A stretch of 57,239 nt of DNA from the NCBI GenBank assembly GCA_017473455.1, contig JAFULI010000069.1, forward strand, positions 1 to 57,239, read 5' to 3'. The stretch's first letter is position 1, and every line of letters starts with the position of its first letter. Of the stretch, positions 19,137 to 28,649 are shown in pieces. Below the pieces are notes generated by a model that saw only the letters and a list, made by a program, of their open reading frames with translations, searched no databases and was not told the origin of the DNA. This stretch comes from Oscillospiraceae bacterium (lineage in GTDB: Bacteria; Bacillota; Clostridia; Oscillospirales; Oscillospiraceae). The position numbers and the translations under genes are program-made.

Positions 19137-19721
19137 ATGGTTATGAGTTGGATTTGGCTTGCTTTAATTCTGGTAGCTACAATCTGCGCAGCCATCACCG
19201 GTCGGGGGAACGAGCTGGCAGCAGCTACAGTAGATGGCGCGCAAAAAGCTGTCACCCTGGCCTTAAGTATGACCGGTAGTCTTTGCCTCTGGTCAGGGGT
19301 CGGAGAGTTGATGGAGGCGGTCGGAATTACATCCATGCTTTCGAAGCTGCTGCGTCCGTTGCTTCATCGGATTTTTCCCGGCAGCAAATCAGACCCCCGG
19401 CTTGCCAACGCCCTCAGCGGCAACATCTGTGCCAACATTCTGGGGCTGGGAAATGCCGCTACTCCCATGGGAATACTGGCAGCAAAGCGAATGGTCAGCA
19501 AAACTTCACCGGATGTCGCCACCAACGAACTGTGCCGACTGGTGGTACTGAACACGGCATCCATTCAGCTCATTCCCGCAAATGTAGCAGCAATCCGACT
19601 ATCCAACGGCTGCCAGACACCCTTTGATATTTTGCCGGCGGTCTGGGTGACCAGTATCTGTGCGGCGGCGGTAGGGCTGGGTGCTGCCTGGATTCTGGGA
19701 AAGGTATGGAAAGATGCTTGA
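19137..19721 (+). CDS. spmA: Spore maturation protein A
   Basis: NICANILGLGNAATPMG, LVVLNTASIQLIP. Confidence 0.93.
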   Translation: MVMSWIWLALILVATICAAITGRGNELAAATVDGAQKAVTLALSMTGSLCLWSGVGELMEAVGITSMLSKLLRPLLHRIFPGSKSDPRLANALSGNICANILGLGNAATPMGILAAKRMVSKTSPDVATNELCRLVVLNTASIQLIPANVAAIRLSNGCQTPFDILPAVWVTSICAAAVGLGAAWILGKVWKDA

Positions 19722-20226
19722 TTATCTGGTCCCCGGATTGCTTCTCGCCACCTGTGCCATCGGATTAGGGAAACGGCAGGAACCCTACGGAAAACTCCTC
19801 AGCGGTGCCGGGCGTGGATTGGAGCTGGTAAAATCCATTCTCCCCTCTTTGGTATTGCTGTTGACAGCGGTTACCATGCTTCGGGCATCCGGCGCTATGG
19901 AATTGATCAGCGGTGTACTTACTCCGGTATTTTCCTTCTTCGGTGTCCCCCCTGAAACCGCAATGCTGGTGCTGGTCCGCCCCATCAGTGGAAGCGCGGC
20001 ATTGGCTGTGGGCGCGGAGTTAATGACCACCTACGGTGCGGACAGCCTGATTGGACGAACCGCGGCGGTAATGCTTGGCTCTACGGAAACTACCTTTTAC
20101 ACCATCAGCGTATATTTTGGTGCAGCCAAAATTCAAAAAACCAGATACACCGTCATCGCAGCCCTGCTGGCTGACCTGACCGGTTTTTTGATGGCATCCC
20201 TGACAGTCAGGCTGTTCTTTCGGTAA
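19714..20226 (+). CDS. spmB: Spore maturation protein B
   Basis: LVRPISGSAA, GSTETTFYTISVYFG; overlaps the spmA stop. Confidence 0.93.
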   Translation: MLDYLVPGLLLATCAIGLGKRQEPYGKLLSGAGRGLELVKSILPSLVLLLTAVTMLRASGAMELISGVLTPVFSFFGVPPETAMLVLVRPISGSAALAVGAELMTTYGADSLIGRTAAVMLGSTETTFYTISVYFGAAKIQKTRYTVIAALLADLTGFLMASLTVRLFFR

Positions 20227-20232
20227 GCATGA

Positions 20233-20263
20233 TAAAAAACCTGCCGTGTTGCCACGGCAGGTT
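20233..20263. terminator. Terminator between spmB and the CBM26 gene
   Basis: AACCTGCCGTG/CACGGCAGGTT with A run. Confidence 0.65.
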
Positions 20264-20274
20264 GGGTATGTAGA

Positions 20275-21510
20275 TTATTCGGGCTTCTTTCTCAGAATGA
20301 AGAAGATAGCGATGCCACCGGCGATAACGGCGACAACAGCAACCACGATACCGGCAATCAGACCGCCGTTGCCAGCAGGAGCGGGCTCGGTGGTGACAGG
20401 CTTGGAAGCGTCGGGCTCACTGGGAGTGGGCTCAGCGGTGGTGGGAGGAGTGGTTTCGGGGGGCAGAGTGGGAGCCTCGATATCGGGCTCTTCGTAGTAA
20501 ATACCAACGTTGGCAACATCGGTGGCATCCAGCCAAACTTCCTTGCCAGCCTCGATGGTCAGGTCACCGGTCTGAACGCTGCCGTTGTTGACGATGAAGC
20601 CATCAACCCAGCCGGGAACTTCGATGACATACCAGTCGCCGTCCTTGGTCATGGCATTGCCGGGCCAAGCTTCGAAAGCGTTGGTGTTGTCACCGGTCTT
20701 CCATGCCCATGCATTGACCTGAGTCCAGTCAGCAGGAACCATAGCGTGAACCTTCACGCTGCCGGCATCAGCAGGAGGAGTGGTGGGCTGCTCGGTGGAA
20801 GAGCCGCCTTCGGGAGGCTCAAAGCCCTCGGGAGCGGTGTTGGAGATGGTGGCATCGTACTTACCCTCGCCGTTCTTCTCGCCGAAGAGAATCCAGTTCT
20901 CGTCGCCGGTCACGACCAGGTCAGCAGTCTGCTCGCCGCCGTCCTTCTCAGCAATAACAACGTTCTTGTACTGAGCGTTGACTTCGCCGTACCAGAAGCC
21001 GTCGGCACCCATGGTCAGCTCCATGCCGGGCCATGCGGAGAAAGCGTTGGTCAGGTTGTCGTCCCAAGCCCACACGAAAGCGCTTGCCCAGCTTTCGGGA
21101 GCGCCAACGCGAATGACGTAGGTGGGGATCTTCACTTCGGAGTACTCAGGCACTTCCACGGGCAGATCGTACTCGACATCACAGCTCGTGTCAGCCTTGA
21201 CCTGAACACAAACGGGCAGGCCGGCATCGACCTTCTGGTCACCGGTCTGGGGCTGACCATTGCCGTTGTTGATGATGATATTCTCCATGTCATTGGGCAT
21301 GTAGGCATACCACCAGCCGTCGACTTTCTGCATGGGGGTGCCGGGCCAAGCAGCGGCGTCGCCGTTGCCATTCCAGCAGTACAAGTAGGGAGTGGTCCAC
21401 TCAGCGGGCACGGACGCCACGACGGGAACCTTGTCCTCTGCAGCCATTGCGGGGATGCACAGAGCAGCCAGAACAGCGATGACGCAGAGCAGAGCTAACA
21501 GTTTTTTCAT
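20275..21510 (-). CDS. Membrane-anchored starch-binding protein with three CBM26-like modules, no catalytic domain
   Basis: Signal peptide MKKLLALL...AMA; three W..(Y/W)xW...WPG...W/Y...QT(G/A)D modules; Pro/Thr linker; C-terminal TM plus RKK. Confidence 0.82.
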   Translation of the reverse strand: MKKLLALLCVIAVLAALCIPAMAAEDKVPVVASVPAEWTTPYLYCWNGNGDAAAWPGTPMQKVDGWWYAYMPNDMENIIINNGNGQPQTGDQKVDAGLPVCVQVKADTSCDVEYDLPVEVPEYSEVKIPTYVIRVGAPESWASAFVWAWDDNLTNAFSAWPGMELTMGADGFWYGEVNAQYKNVVIAEKDGGEQTADLVVTGDENWILFGEKNGEGKYDATISNTAPEGFEPPEGGSSTEQPTTPPADAGSVKVHAMVPADWTQVNAWAWKTGDNTNAFEAWPGNAMTKDGDWYVIEVPGWVDGFIVNNGSVQTGDLTIEAGKEVWLDATDVANVGIYYEEPDIEAPTLPPETTPPTTAEPTPSEPDASKPVTTEPAPAGNGGLIAGIVVAVVAVIAGGIAIFFILRKKPE

Positions 21511-21752
21511 CTTTTTACCTCCATTTAATATAATTGGGCAGTCTTTATTATAGCACGAAGTTTCCAGAACTTCCAGTTGCAATACCATACCAATATTGAC
21601 CCTCAGAATTGTGTATTTTTCACGATTTTTCCACTTCCTCACAAAATCAGTGGCTTTCAAATTTTATAAGTCTTATTTCAGACTACCATTTTCTGCTTTC
21701 CAGTCAAGGACAAAGCTGAAAAATACCCAAAAGAATTCCTGCCTTTCGGCAT

Positions 21753-22589
21753 TTACAAAGCCGTCCTCAACTCAGGAAGAAACTCCTCAAAACAGAGTCC
21801 GTCGGTCTGCGGTAATTCCAGTTCCAGACAACGCCGCAGCACCTTGCCAATGAACCCGGCAGCATGGCGCACAGCAGTTACCGTTTCCACACCATTGACA
21901 GCATGAGCCGCAAGGATGGCAGAGAACACATCTCCCGTACCTGCCCGGCAAACGCCTACCTTATGGGCGGTTACCACAACCGGAGGCTTGCCGGCCTCGC
22001 AGATGAAATTATCCAAATCCTCTCCCCGCTCCAGACCGGAGATCACAATGGTCTTCGGCCCCATAGAATTCAGCGTCCGACAGATTCTTAGCAATTCCTC
22101 TTCGTCCATATCCGGGAGGTAAGGAGTATCCGTCAGGATGCAGGCTTCTGTCAGATTGGGAGTTAAAATATCGGCATAACTTGCCAGCTCACGCATCCGG
22201 CGGGCAAGGGCAGGGTCATAGCCCGGATACAAGATACCGTCATCCCCCATTACCGGGTCTACTACCGTAACGGTTTTTTCTCCGCGAAAGCGCTCCAGAA
22301 AACGAAGCACAATATCAATCTGTGCCTGAGAACCAAGAAAACCGGTGAGGATTCCCTGAAACTGCAAATCCAACCGCTCCCACTGCTGAAGATAATTCTC
22401 CATGTGGCAGGTAAAATCGGTACGGTAAAAGCTGTCGTAACCGGTATGATTAGAAAAAATCGCAGTGGGTACGGGGCAGCATTGCACCCCCATGGCAGAA
22501 ATCACCGGCAGGGAAACCGTCAGCGAACAACGTCCGAAGCCGCAGAAATCATTGATTACCGCAATCTTCTTCTGATGATTATGGGACAT
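21753..22589 (-). CDS. pdxK: Pyridoxal/pyridoxamine kinase
   Basis: GRCSL, SNHTGY, DPVMGDDG, TPNLTEA, GTGDVFS. Confidence 0.9.
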   Translation of the reverse strand: MSHNHQKKIAVINDFCGFGRCSLTVSLPVISAMGVQCCPVPTAIFSNHTGYDSFYRTDFTCHMENYLQQWERLDLQFQGILTGFLGSQAQIDIVLRFLERFRGEKTVTVVDPVMGDDGILYPGYDPALARRMRELASYADILTPNLTEACILTDTPYLPDMDEEELLRICRTLNSMGPKTIVISGLERGEDLDNFICEAGKPPVVVTAHKVGVCRAGTGDVFSAILAAHAVNGVETVTAVRHAAGFIGKVLRRCLELELPQTDGLCFEEFLPELRTAL

Positions 22590-22689
22590 GATGCCCCTCC
22601 TTTTCTCTTTTTCACGAAAATACACCATATCTGACCATATTTGAATAGTCAGTTTTGCATTGTTTTATATGACCAGTTTCCGATTCTAT

Positions 22690-22757
22690 ACCGATGAGGC
22701 ACAAATAATGGCCGCTTAGCGTAAAATCCAACATTTTTGATTTTTCTGTGCTATAAT
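22690..22757 (+). promoter_or_regulatory. LytTR direct repeat plus extended -10 promoter
   Basis: ACCGATGAG-N12-GCCGCTTAG; TGcTATAAT at 22749-22757; no good -35. Confidence 0.6.
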
Positions 22758-22780
22758 GCAGACACAAGGAGGTGATCCCT

Positions 22781-23224
22781 ATGGAATTTCAACTGATTAT
22801 TGACAAAGCCGCTCCGGAAACCGTGGTCGCCACCGTCCGCCAAAGAAGCGAGTTGACCGACCAAATCGAAGCGTTGGTTCTACAGCATCAGGGGGCAAAC
22901 TTTGTCACAGCCTACCGGGATGAGGACATAAAACAACTGCCCTTTGAAAGCATTGAATGCTTCACGGTAATCGGAGGAAAAACCTTTGCCATCGATACCA
23001 AAGGCAGACAATACAGGGTCAAACACCGGCTGTACGAATTGGAAGCCATGCTTCCGGAGTGCTTTATCCGCATTAACAAATCCGCTCTTGTCAATGAGCA
23101 TCATCTGGTGGAATTTACGGCATCCTTCAGCGGTGCAGTGGATGCAGTACTGCGAAGCGGATACCGGGAATATGTGTCACGCCGCTGTTTTGCGGCAATC
23201 AAAAGGAGGTTTGAAGAAAAATGA
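22781..23224 (+). CDS. Stand-alone LytTR DNA-binding regulator
   Basis: RLYELEAMLPECFIRINKSALVN, VSRR; no receiver domain. Confidence 0.9.
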   Translation: MEFQLIIDKAAPETVVATVRQRSELTDQIEALVLQHQGANFVTAYRDEDIKQLPFESIECFTVIGGKTFAIDTKGRQYRVKHRLYELEAMLPECFIRINKSALVNEHHLVEFTASFSGAVDAVLRSGYREYVSRRCFAAIKRRFEEK

Positions 23225-23649
23225 AACAAGTCATTATGAATTTCTGCAAGCGCGGTATGGTCGCCGCATGGGGTGGCCCTGTGATTATGGCTCTGATTTA
23301 CGGCATTCTCGGCATCACCGGAGTGGTACAGAGCGTGAGCATTTGGGAGCTGTGCAGAGGGATTCTCACCGTGACATTCATGGCGTTTTTGGCAGCGGGC
23401 ATCGGCGTGGTATATGAGATTGACCGTCTGCCGCTGATGGGTGCGATTGCTCTGCACAGTGGTGTGCTGTATTTGGATTATATCGGAATTTACCTGATCA
23501 ACGGATGGCTCAAATCCCAGTTCATCCCCATCCTGATTTTCACCGGGATTTTTCTGGCAGGGTATGCCGTCATCTGGCTGTGCATCTGGCTCGTCACCAA
23601 AAAAAGCACCGCTGCTCTTAACACCAAGCTGAAGAAAAATCAGGGATAG
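23221..23649 (+). CDS. DUF3021-like membrane protein (LytTR system inhibitor)
   Basis: Four hydrophobic segments, IALH...YLINGW...IF...YAVIW; overlaps the LytTR stop. Confidence 0.8.
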   Translation: MKQVIMNFCKRGMVAAWGGPVIMALIYGILGITGVVQSVSIWELCRGILTVTFMAFLAAGIGVVYEIDRLPLMGAIALHSGVLYLDYIGIYLINGWLKSQFIPILIFTGIFLAGYAVIWLCIWLVTKKSTAALNTKLKKNQG

Positions 23650-23667
23650 AATGGAATTATTGTTTGA

Positions 23668-23703
23668 AAGACCTGCTGCCTTGGGATTGGCAGCAGGTCT
23701 TTT
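23668..23703. terminator. Bidirectional terminator
   Basis: AAGACCTGCTGCC/GGCAGCAGGTCTT between convergent genes. Confidence 0.75.
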
Positions 23704-23708
23704 GTTAT

Positions 23709-25340
23709 TTATTCGTAATAGAGCATCCTTGCCTCATAGGGGCGGAGGGTGTCTGCAGTATCCGGATAGTTGGCAACCAGGGTTTTGGCATTGCGGAAGG
23801 CTTCAGGAATTTCAAAGGGCACCGCCTTGGAAGTGAAGTTACACACCACCAGCAGGTGGGCGTTTCCCATATCACGGGTATAGGCAAATACCTTTTCATC
23901 CTCAGGACACAGCAGTTCGAAGCTGCCCTCACGGAATACCGGCAGGGATTTCCGCAGCTCAATCAGCTTTTGATAATAATAGAAGATAGAGTCCGGATCT
24001 GCCAGTGCCGCTTCCGCATTGATTTCCGTATGGTTGGGATTGACCTTCAGCCAAGGCTTACCGGTGGTGAAACCGGCATTCTCCCCTGCTGTCCACTGCA
24101 TAGGAGTACGGGCATTGTCCCGTCCACGCTTCCAGATGGACTCCATCACTGCTTCAGGAGAATATCCCTCTGCGGTACGGTCACGGAAGAGATTATGGAT
24201 TTCCACATCCACATACTCCTCCAACGGGAGCTTGATATTGGTCATGCCCAGTTCTTCGCCCTGATAGATGTAGGGCGTACCCTGCATACCGTGGAGCATA
24301 GTTGCCAGCATCTTGGCAGAAGGCACACGGTACACCGTATCATCTCCCCAACGGGATACGATACGGGGCAGGTCGTGGTTATTTACGAAAAGGCTGTTCC
24401 AGCCCTTTTCTGCCAGACCTTGCTGCCAGCGACGATAGCAATCCTTCAGCTTTACCAGCGGCAACGGCGCAAAATCCCACTTCTGCCAGCTTGTCTGGTC
24501 AAGTCCCATATGCTCGAACTGGAACACCATGCTCAGCTCAGAGCCGTCCGGTGCGCTGTAAAGCTTTGCCCGTTCCACATCCGCGCCCCATGCCTCGCCA
24601 ACGGTAACCAGACCTTCCTCCTGGAAGGCTTCCCGGGACAGTTCCCGCAGGAAATCGTGGAGCTTCGGGCCGTTGGTGGTAACCTTCAGGTCGGGATCTT
24701 TGGCAATCTGGTCGATTACGTCCAGACGGAACCCCTCCACACCTTTATCCACCCAGAAGCGGATGAAGCTGTACAGTCCCTGACGGACCTTGGGGTTTTC
24801 CCAGTTCAGGTCAGGCTGCTCCGGAGCAAACTGGTGGAAGTACCACTGGCCCAGATGGGGAACATACGTCCATGTGGGGCCTCCGAACACAGACCACATA
24901 TCATTGGGCAGGGTGTCAGCATCCCCATCTCTCCAGATGTAGTAATCATGATAGGGATTATCCTTGCTCTTCAGTGCTTCCCTGAACCAGAAATGCTGGT
25001 CAGAGCTATGGTTCAGAACCAAATCCATGATGATGGAAATATTCCGTTTCTTTGCCTCGGCAATCAGCATTTCCATATCTGCCATGGTACCGAACATAGG
25101 GTCAATGGCACAGTAGTCGGAAACGTCGTAGCCGTTGTCCACCTGAGGAGAGGCACAAACCGGGGACAGCCAGATACCGTCAATGCCCAGCTTCTGCAAA
25201 TAATCCAGTCGGGAAATGATACCCTGCAGGTCCCCGATACCGGTGCCGGTGGTATCTTGAAAACTCTTGGGATAAATCTGATAAAAGACAGCAGACTGCC
25301 ACCAGCCCCGCTTACTCTTATCCAGAATGAGGTTTGCCAT
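23709..25340 (-). CDS. GH13 oligo-1,6-/alpha-glucosidase
   Basis: YQIYPKSF, DNGYD, DLVLNHSSDQH, GFRLDVI, VGE, NHDLPR, RDNARTPMQW. Confidence 0.93.
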   Translation of the reverse strand: MANLILDKSKRGWWQSAVFYQIYPKSFQDTTGTGIGDLQGIISRLDYLQKLGIDGIWLSPVCASPQVDNGYDVSDYCAIDPMFGTMADMEMLIAEAKKRNISIIMDLVLNHSSDQHFWFREALKSKDNPYHDYYIWRDGDADTLPNDMWSVFGGPTWTYVPHLGQWYFHQFAPEQPDLNWENPKVRQGLYSFIRFWVDKGVEGFRLDVIDQIAKDPDLKVTTNGPKLHDFLRELSREAFQEEGLVTVGEAWGADVERAKLYSAPDGSELSMVFQFEHMGLDQTSWQKWDFAPLPLVKLKDCYRRWQQGLAEKGWNSLFVNNHDLPRIVSRWGDDTVYRVPSAKMLATMLHGMQGTPYIYQGEELGMTNIKLPLEEYVDVEIHNLFRDRTAEGYSPEAVMESIWKRGRDNARTPMQWTAGENAGFTTGKPWLKVNPNHTEINAEAALADPDSIFYYYQKLIELRKSLPVFREGSFELLCPEDEKVFAYTRDMGNAHLLVVCNFTSKAVPFEIPEAFRNAKTLVANYPDTADTLRPYEARMLYYE

Positions 25341-25345
25341 GTAGT

Positions 25346-27286
25346 TTACTCCTTCTCGATTGCTTCAAAGACTCTGAGGATCTCGCTGACGCTCCACGCC
25401 TGACCGAAGCAGCCCTTGCTCTCCGTGGGGAAGTCGCCCTCGTAGATTTCCGGAAGCTGTCCGGCACAACCCTCACGGAGCATGGGCTCCATGGCATCCA
25501 GCTGAGCACGGACATATGCCTTGGCTTCGGCAGTATAGCCGTGAACCTTCAGGTATGCCAGATAGTAGGCACCCATGGGGAACACCCAAGTGGTGCCCTG
25601 ATGGTAAGCCATATCCCGTTCCACCATAGGTCCACCGTAGTGACCGTGGTACTCAGGGTCAGCCGGGGACAGAGTACGCAGACCGCAGGGTGTATACAGA
25701 TGCCGGCGGACAGTATCCACCACGCTCTTCTCCTGCTCCGGGCTGAGCATACCGAAGGGCATGGAAACCGCCCAAATCTGGTTGCAGCGGAGCTGCTCGT
25801 CTGCCTTCGTGCCGGAAATGACATCCTTCAGGTAACCCTTATCCTCCATGTAGAAAGCGGCAAGGAAGGAAGTTTTCACCTGCTGTGCCAATTCGCCGTA
25901 GGCGCTGCCGTCAGTTCCGGCAATCGGAGCAAAGAACTCCATAATCTTCAGAGCGTTATACCAGTAGGCATTGATTTCCACGGGCTTACCGTGACGGGGG
26001 GTGGGCAGGATGCCGTTGACACACACATCCATCCAGGTAACCTGGTCAAGGCCGCCGCCGGCACGAATCAAACCGTCGGTATCCATGGAAATGGAATGGT
26101 CAGTACCGGTTTTGTAATAGTGGATGATATTGCACATCACCTGCCATGCCTCCTGAACGAAGGCATCGTCACCGGTGCGGCGATGATACTGCCACACCGC
26201 GTCAATCAGGAGCAGGGCTGCATCCACAGTATTGTACATAGGCTTGGACTCGCCCTCAGGGAAGAGGTTGGGTACCAGGCCCCGACGTTCATAAGCAAGG
26301 AAGGTACGCAGGATACTCTTGGCATCTTCATACCGTCCGGTGGAAAGGGTACAGCCGGGGAGGGAAATCATGGTATCTCTGCCCCAGTCGCTGAACAGCG
26401 GGTAGCCTGCCAGAATGGTCTTGCCGTCGGTGGAGTCACGGCGGGCAATATAGGCATCCGCCGCCAGAACCAGTTCCCGGGCAATGGGGTCATTGAGTCC
26501 TGCCAGCTTCAGCAGGCTTTCATTCCGGGTATAATGGGCTTTCACCAGCTCCGCACCGGAAACCGCTTCGGGATGCATGGTGAAGATGACCTCAAAGTCC
26601 AGCTTCTCCCCTGCCCCAACGGTTTTGGTAATCTCACAGCAAGCACCGGCAAGACTCTTTTCCGGTCGTCCGTCCTTTACATCCTCGGGATAAGCAACCC
26701 ACTGCCACTGCATGGGGATTGCCTTCACATCGGCATCGCTTTGCAGGTACAGTGTATAATCACCGGAGCGAATGGTGCCCTTCTCATAGACAAAGCTCTT
26801 CTTCTCCTCCAGAATATTCTCCCTGGGGACGAATTTCAGGAAGGGGCGAATGGTTAAAGTACAGCTTTCTCCTGCACAGTTGTCAACGCTGTACAGCACA
26901 GCAGTGGTATTCTTTCCCTGCGCCATCACACAGCGGCGAACCACACGGACACCGGCAACGTCATAACTCCATGTAGGAAGTCCGTCATAGGTAAAGGAGG
27001 CAAGCTCCCGATAGCCTTCCTCAGGGGCAGTGCCGTCGGCAAATTCCTGCGTAGACAAATACCGCTTGTCAGCACCGATGCTCAGCACCTCACTGAGGCG
27101 GTGAACCATGTTAATCCGGACATTGGGAGCTTTCACCGCCGCTACCAGAATGCCCTGATCGCAACGAGGGGCAGAAAAGCCGCCGGTGACGGAAGCATAG
27201 CCACCCAGAGCATTGGTCAGCAAAAAGCAATTCTCCTGCGCCCGGGTCAGGGTACGCATATCCTGCTTACCGTAAACAAAACGCAT
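25346..27286 (-). CDS. Amylo-alpha-1,6-glucosidase (GH133 glycogen debranching enzyme)
   Basis: LLTNALGGYAS, AGYPLFSDWGRDTMISLPG, TWMD, PRHGKPVEINA, YHQGT, QAWSVSE. Confidence 0.92.
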   Translation of the reverse strand: MRFVYGKQDMRTLTRAQENCFLLTNALGGYASVTGGFSAPRCDQGILVAAVKAPNVRINMVHRLSEVLSIGADKRYLSTQEFADGTAPEEGYRELASFTYDGLPTWSYDVAGVRVVRRCVMAQGKNTTAVLYSVDNCAGESCTLTIRPFLKFVPRENILEEKKSFVYEKGTIRSGDYTLYLQSDADVKAIPMQWQWVAYPEDVKDGRPEKSLAGACCEITKTVGAGEKLDFEVIFTMHPEAVSGAELVKAHYTRNESLLKLAGLNDPIARELVLAADAYIARRDSTDGKTILAGYPLFSDWGRDTMISLPGCTLSTGRYEDAKSILRTFLAYERRGLVPNLFPEGESKPMYNTVDAALLLIDAVWQYHRRTGDDAFVQEAWQVMCNIIHYYKTGTDHSISMDTDGLIRAGGGLDQVTWMDVCVNGILPTPRHGKPVEINAYWYNALKIMEFFAPIAGTDGSAYGELAQQVKTSFLAAFYMEDKGYLKDVISGTKADEQLRCNQIWAVSMPFGMLSPEQEKSVVDTVRRHLYTPCGLRTLSPADPEYHGHYGGPMVERDMAYHQGTTWVFPMGAYYLAYLKVHGYTAEAKAYVRAQLDAMEPMLREGCAGQLPEIYEGDFPTESKGCFGQAWSVSEILRVFEAIEKE

Positions 27287-27358
27287 AATTATATCCTCCT
27301 GTATCGTGGGGGTATCCTCACCTTGATGGGTGATAGAGTTGATAGCATATCGGGGTTC

Positions 27359-27387
27359 ATTATATTACGTTTTCCCCTGTTCGTCAA
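27359..27387 (-). promoter_or_regulatory. SigA promoter for GH133-GH13, overlapping the pepT 3' end
   Basis: TTGACG-N17-TATAAT. Confidence 0.7.
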
Positions 27388-28591
27388 GCACGCTCCACAG
27401 CATGGTAGTCAGGAGGTCTACGCATTTTTCCATGTCTTCCACGGGGATATATTCAAACCGCCCGTGGAAGTTCTCTCCGCCGGTAAAAATATTGGGGCAA
27501 GGCAGACCCATAAAGCTCAGTCTTGCACCATCGGTGCCGCCACGGATGGGATTGACCTTGGGGGTGATACTCACCGCTTCCATGGCTTTCTTTGCCCGCT
27601 CCACCACGTACATACAAGGTTCAATCTGGCTGCGCATATTATAGTAGTTATCCCGAAGGGTCACGGTAACGGTACCCTCACCGTACTTTTGGTTCAGGAA
27701 ATCTCCAAGGGCAGTTACAAATTCCTTCTTTTGCGTGAATTTTTCCATGTCATGGTCACGGATAATATAGCTCAGGGTGGTTTCTTCCACGGTTCCCTTC
27801 ATACCAATAAGATGGTAGAACCCTTCGTAGCCCTCCGTCGCCTCAGGCCGCTGGTGGACGGGCAGCAGAGTGTGGAATTCCATAGCGATATGCTGAGAGT
27901 TCAGGAGCTTGCCCTTGGCGCTGCCGGGATGAATGTTAATCCCCCGAATGCTGACCGTACAGCCGGCGGCGTTGAAGTTTTCGTACTCCAGCTCTCCCAG
28001 ACTGCCGCCATCGACGGTATAGGCATAGTCTGCGCCAAATGCGGAAACATCAAACAAGTCCGCTCCCCTGCCGATTTCCTCATCGGGGGTAAAGGCAATC
28101 CGTAAAGTGGCGTGGGGCTTACCGCTGCTGAGCAGGCGCTCCGCGGCGGTGAGTATTTCCGCAATACCGGCTTTATCGTCCGCTCCCAAAAGGGTCATAC
28201 CATCGGTGACAATCAGGTGCTTGCCCTGATTGCGAAGCAAAGAGGGATGCTCGCTCTCCCGAAGCCAGATATCCAGCTCTTTGTTCAGGCAGATGTCACC
28301 ACCGTTATATGCCACCACCTGAGGGTGAATATTTTCTCCGGAGCAATCCGGAGAGGTGTCCATATGGGCAATCAGCCCGATGACAGGCAATCCCGGTGTA
28401 CCCGGGACAGTGCCGTAGACATAGCCGTTATCATCCATAAAGGCATCCCGAATGCCCATAGCCTTCATCTCCTCCACAAGGGCAGCTCCCAAAGTCCGCT
28501 GTCCGGGGGTGGAGGGGCAGGAAGCAGACGCTTCATCGGAACGGGTAGGAAATCCTACATAGCGTAAAAAACGGGAAGATACAGTTTCCAT
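27365..28591 (-). CDS. pepT: Peptidase T
   Basis: AHMDTSPD, LLGADDKAG, FTPDEEIGRG, IRGGTDGA; start METVSS after GGAAGGAG. Confidence 0.95.
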   Translation of the reverse strand: METVSSRFLRYVGFPTRSDEASASCPSTPGQRTLGAALVEEMKAMGIRDAFMDDNGYVYGTVPGTPGLPVIGLIAHMDTSPDCSGENIHPQVVAYNGGDICLNKELDIWLRESEHPSLLRNQGKHLIVTDGMTLLGADDKAGIAEILTAAERLLSSGKPHATLRIAFTPDEEIGRGADLFDVSAFGADYAYTVDGGSLGELEYENFNAAGCTVSIRGINIHPGSAKGKLLNSQHIAMEFHTLLPVHQRPEATEGYEGFYHLIGMKGTVEETTLSYIIRDHDMEKFTQKKEFVTALGDFLNQKYGEGTVTVTLRDNYYNMRSQIEPCMYVVERAKKAMEAVSITPKVNPIRGGTDGARLSFMGLPCPNIFTGGENFHGRFEYIPVEDMEKCVDLLTTMLWSVLDEQGKT

Positions 28592-28604
28592 AGTGACTCC
28601 TTCC

Positions 28605-28637
28605 AAAAAAAGAGCCGCCGATGTTGCGGCGGCTCTT
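28605..28637 (-). terminator. Intrinsic terminator after ackA
   Basis: AAGAGCCGCCG/GCGGCGGCTCTT then T run on minus. Confidence 0.75.
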
Positions 28638-28649
28638 AACCAAATGAAT

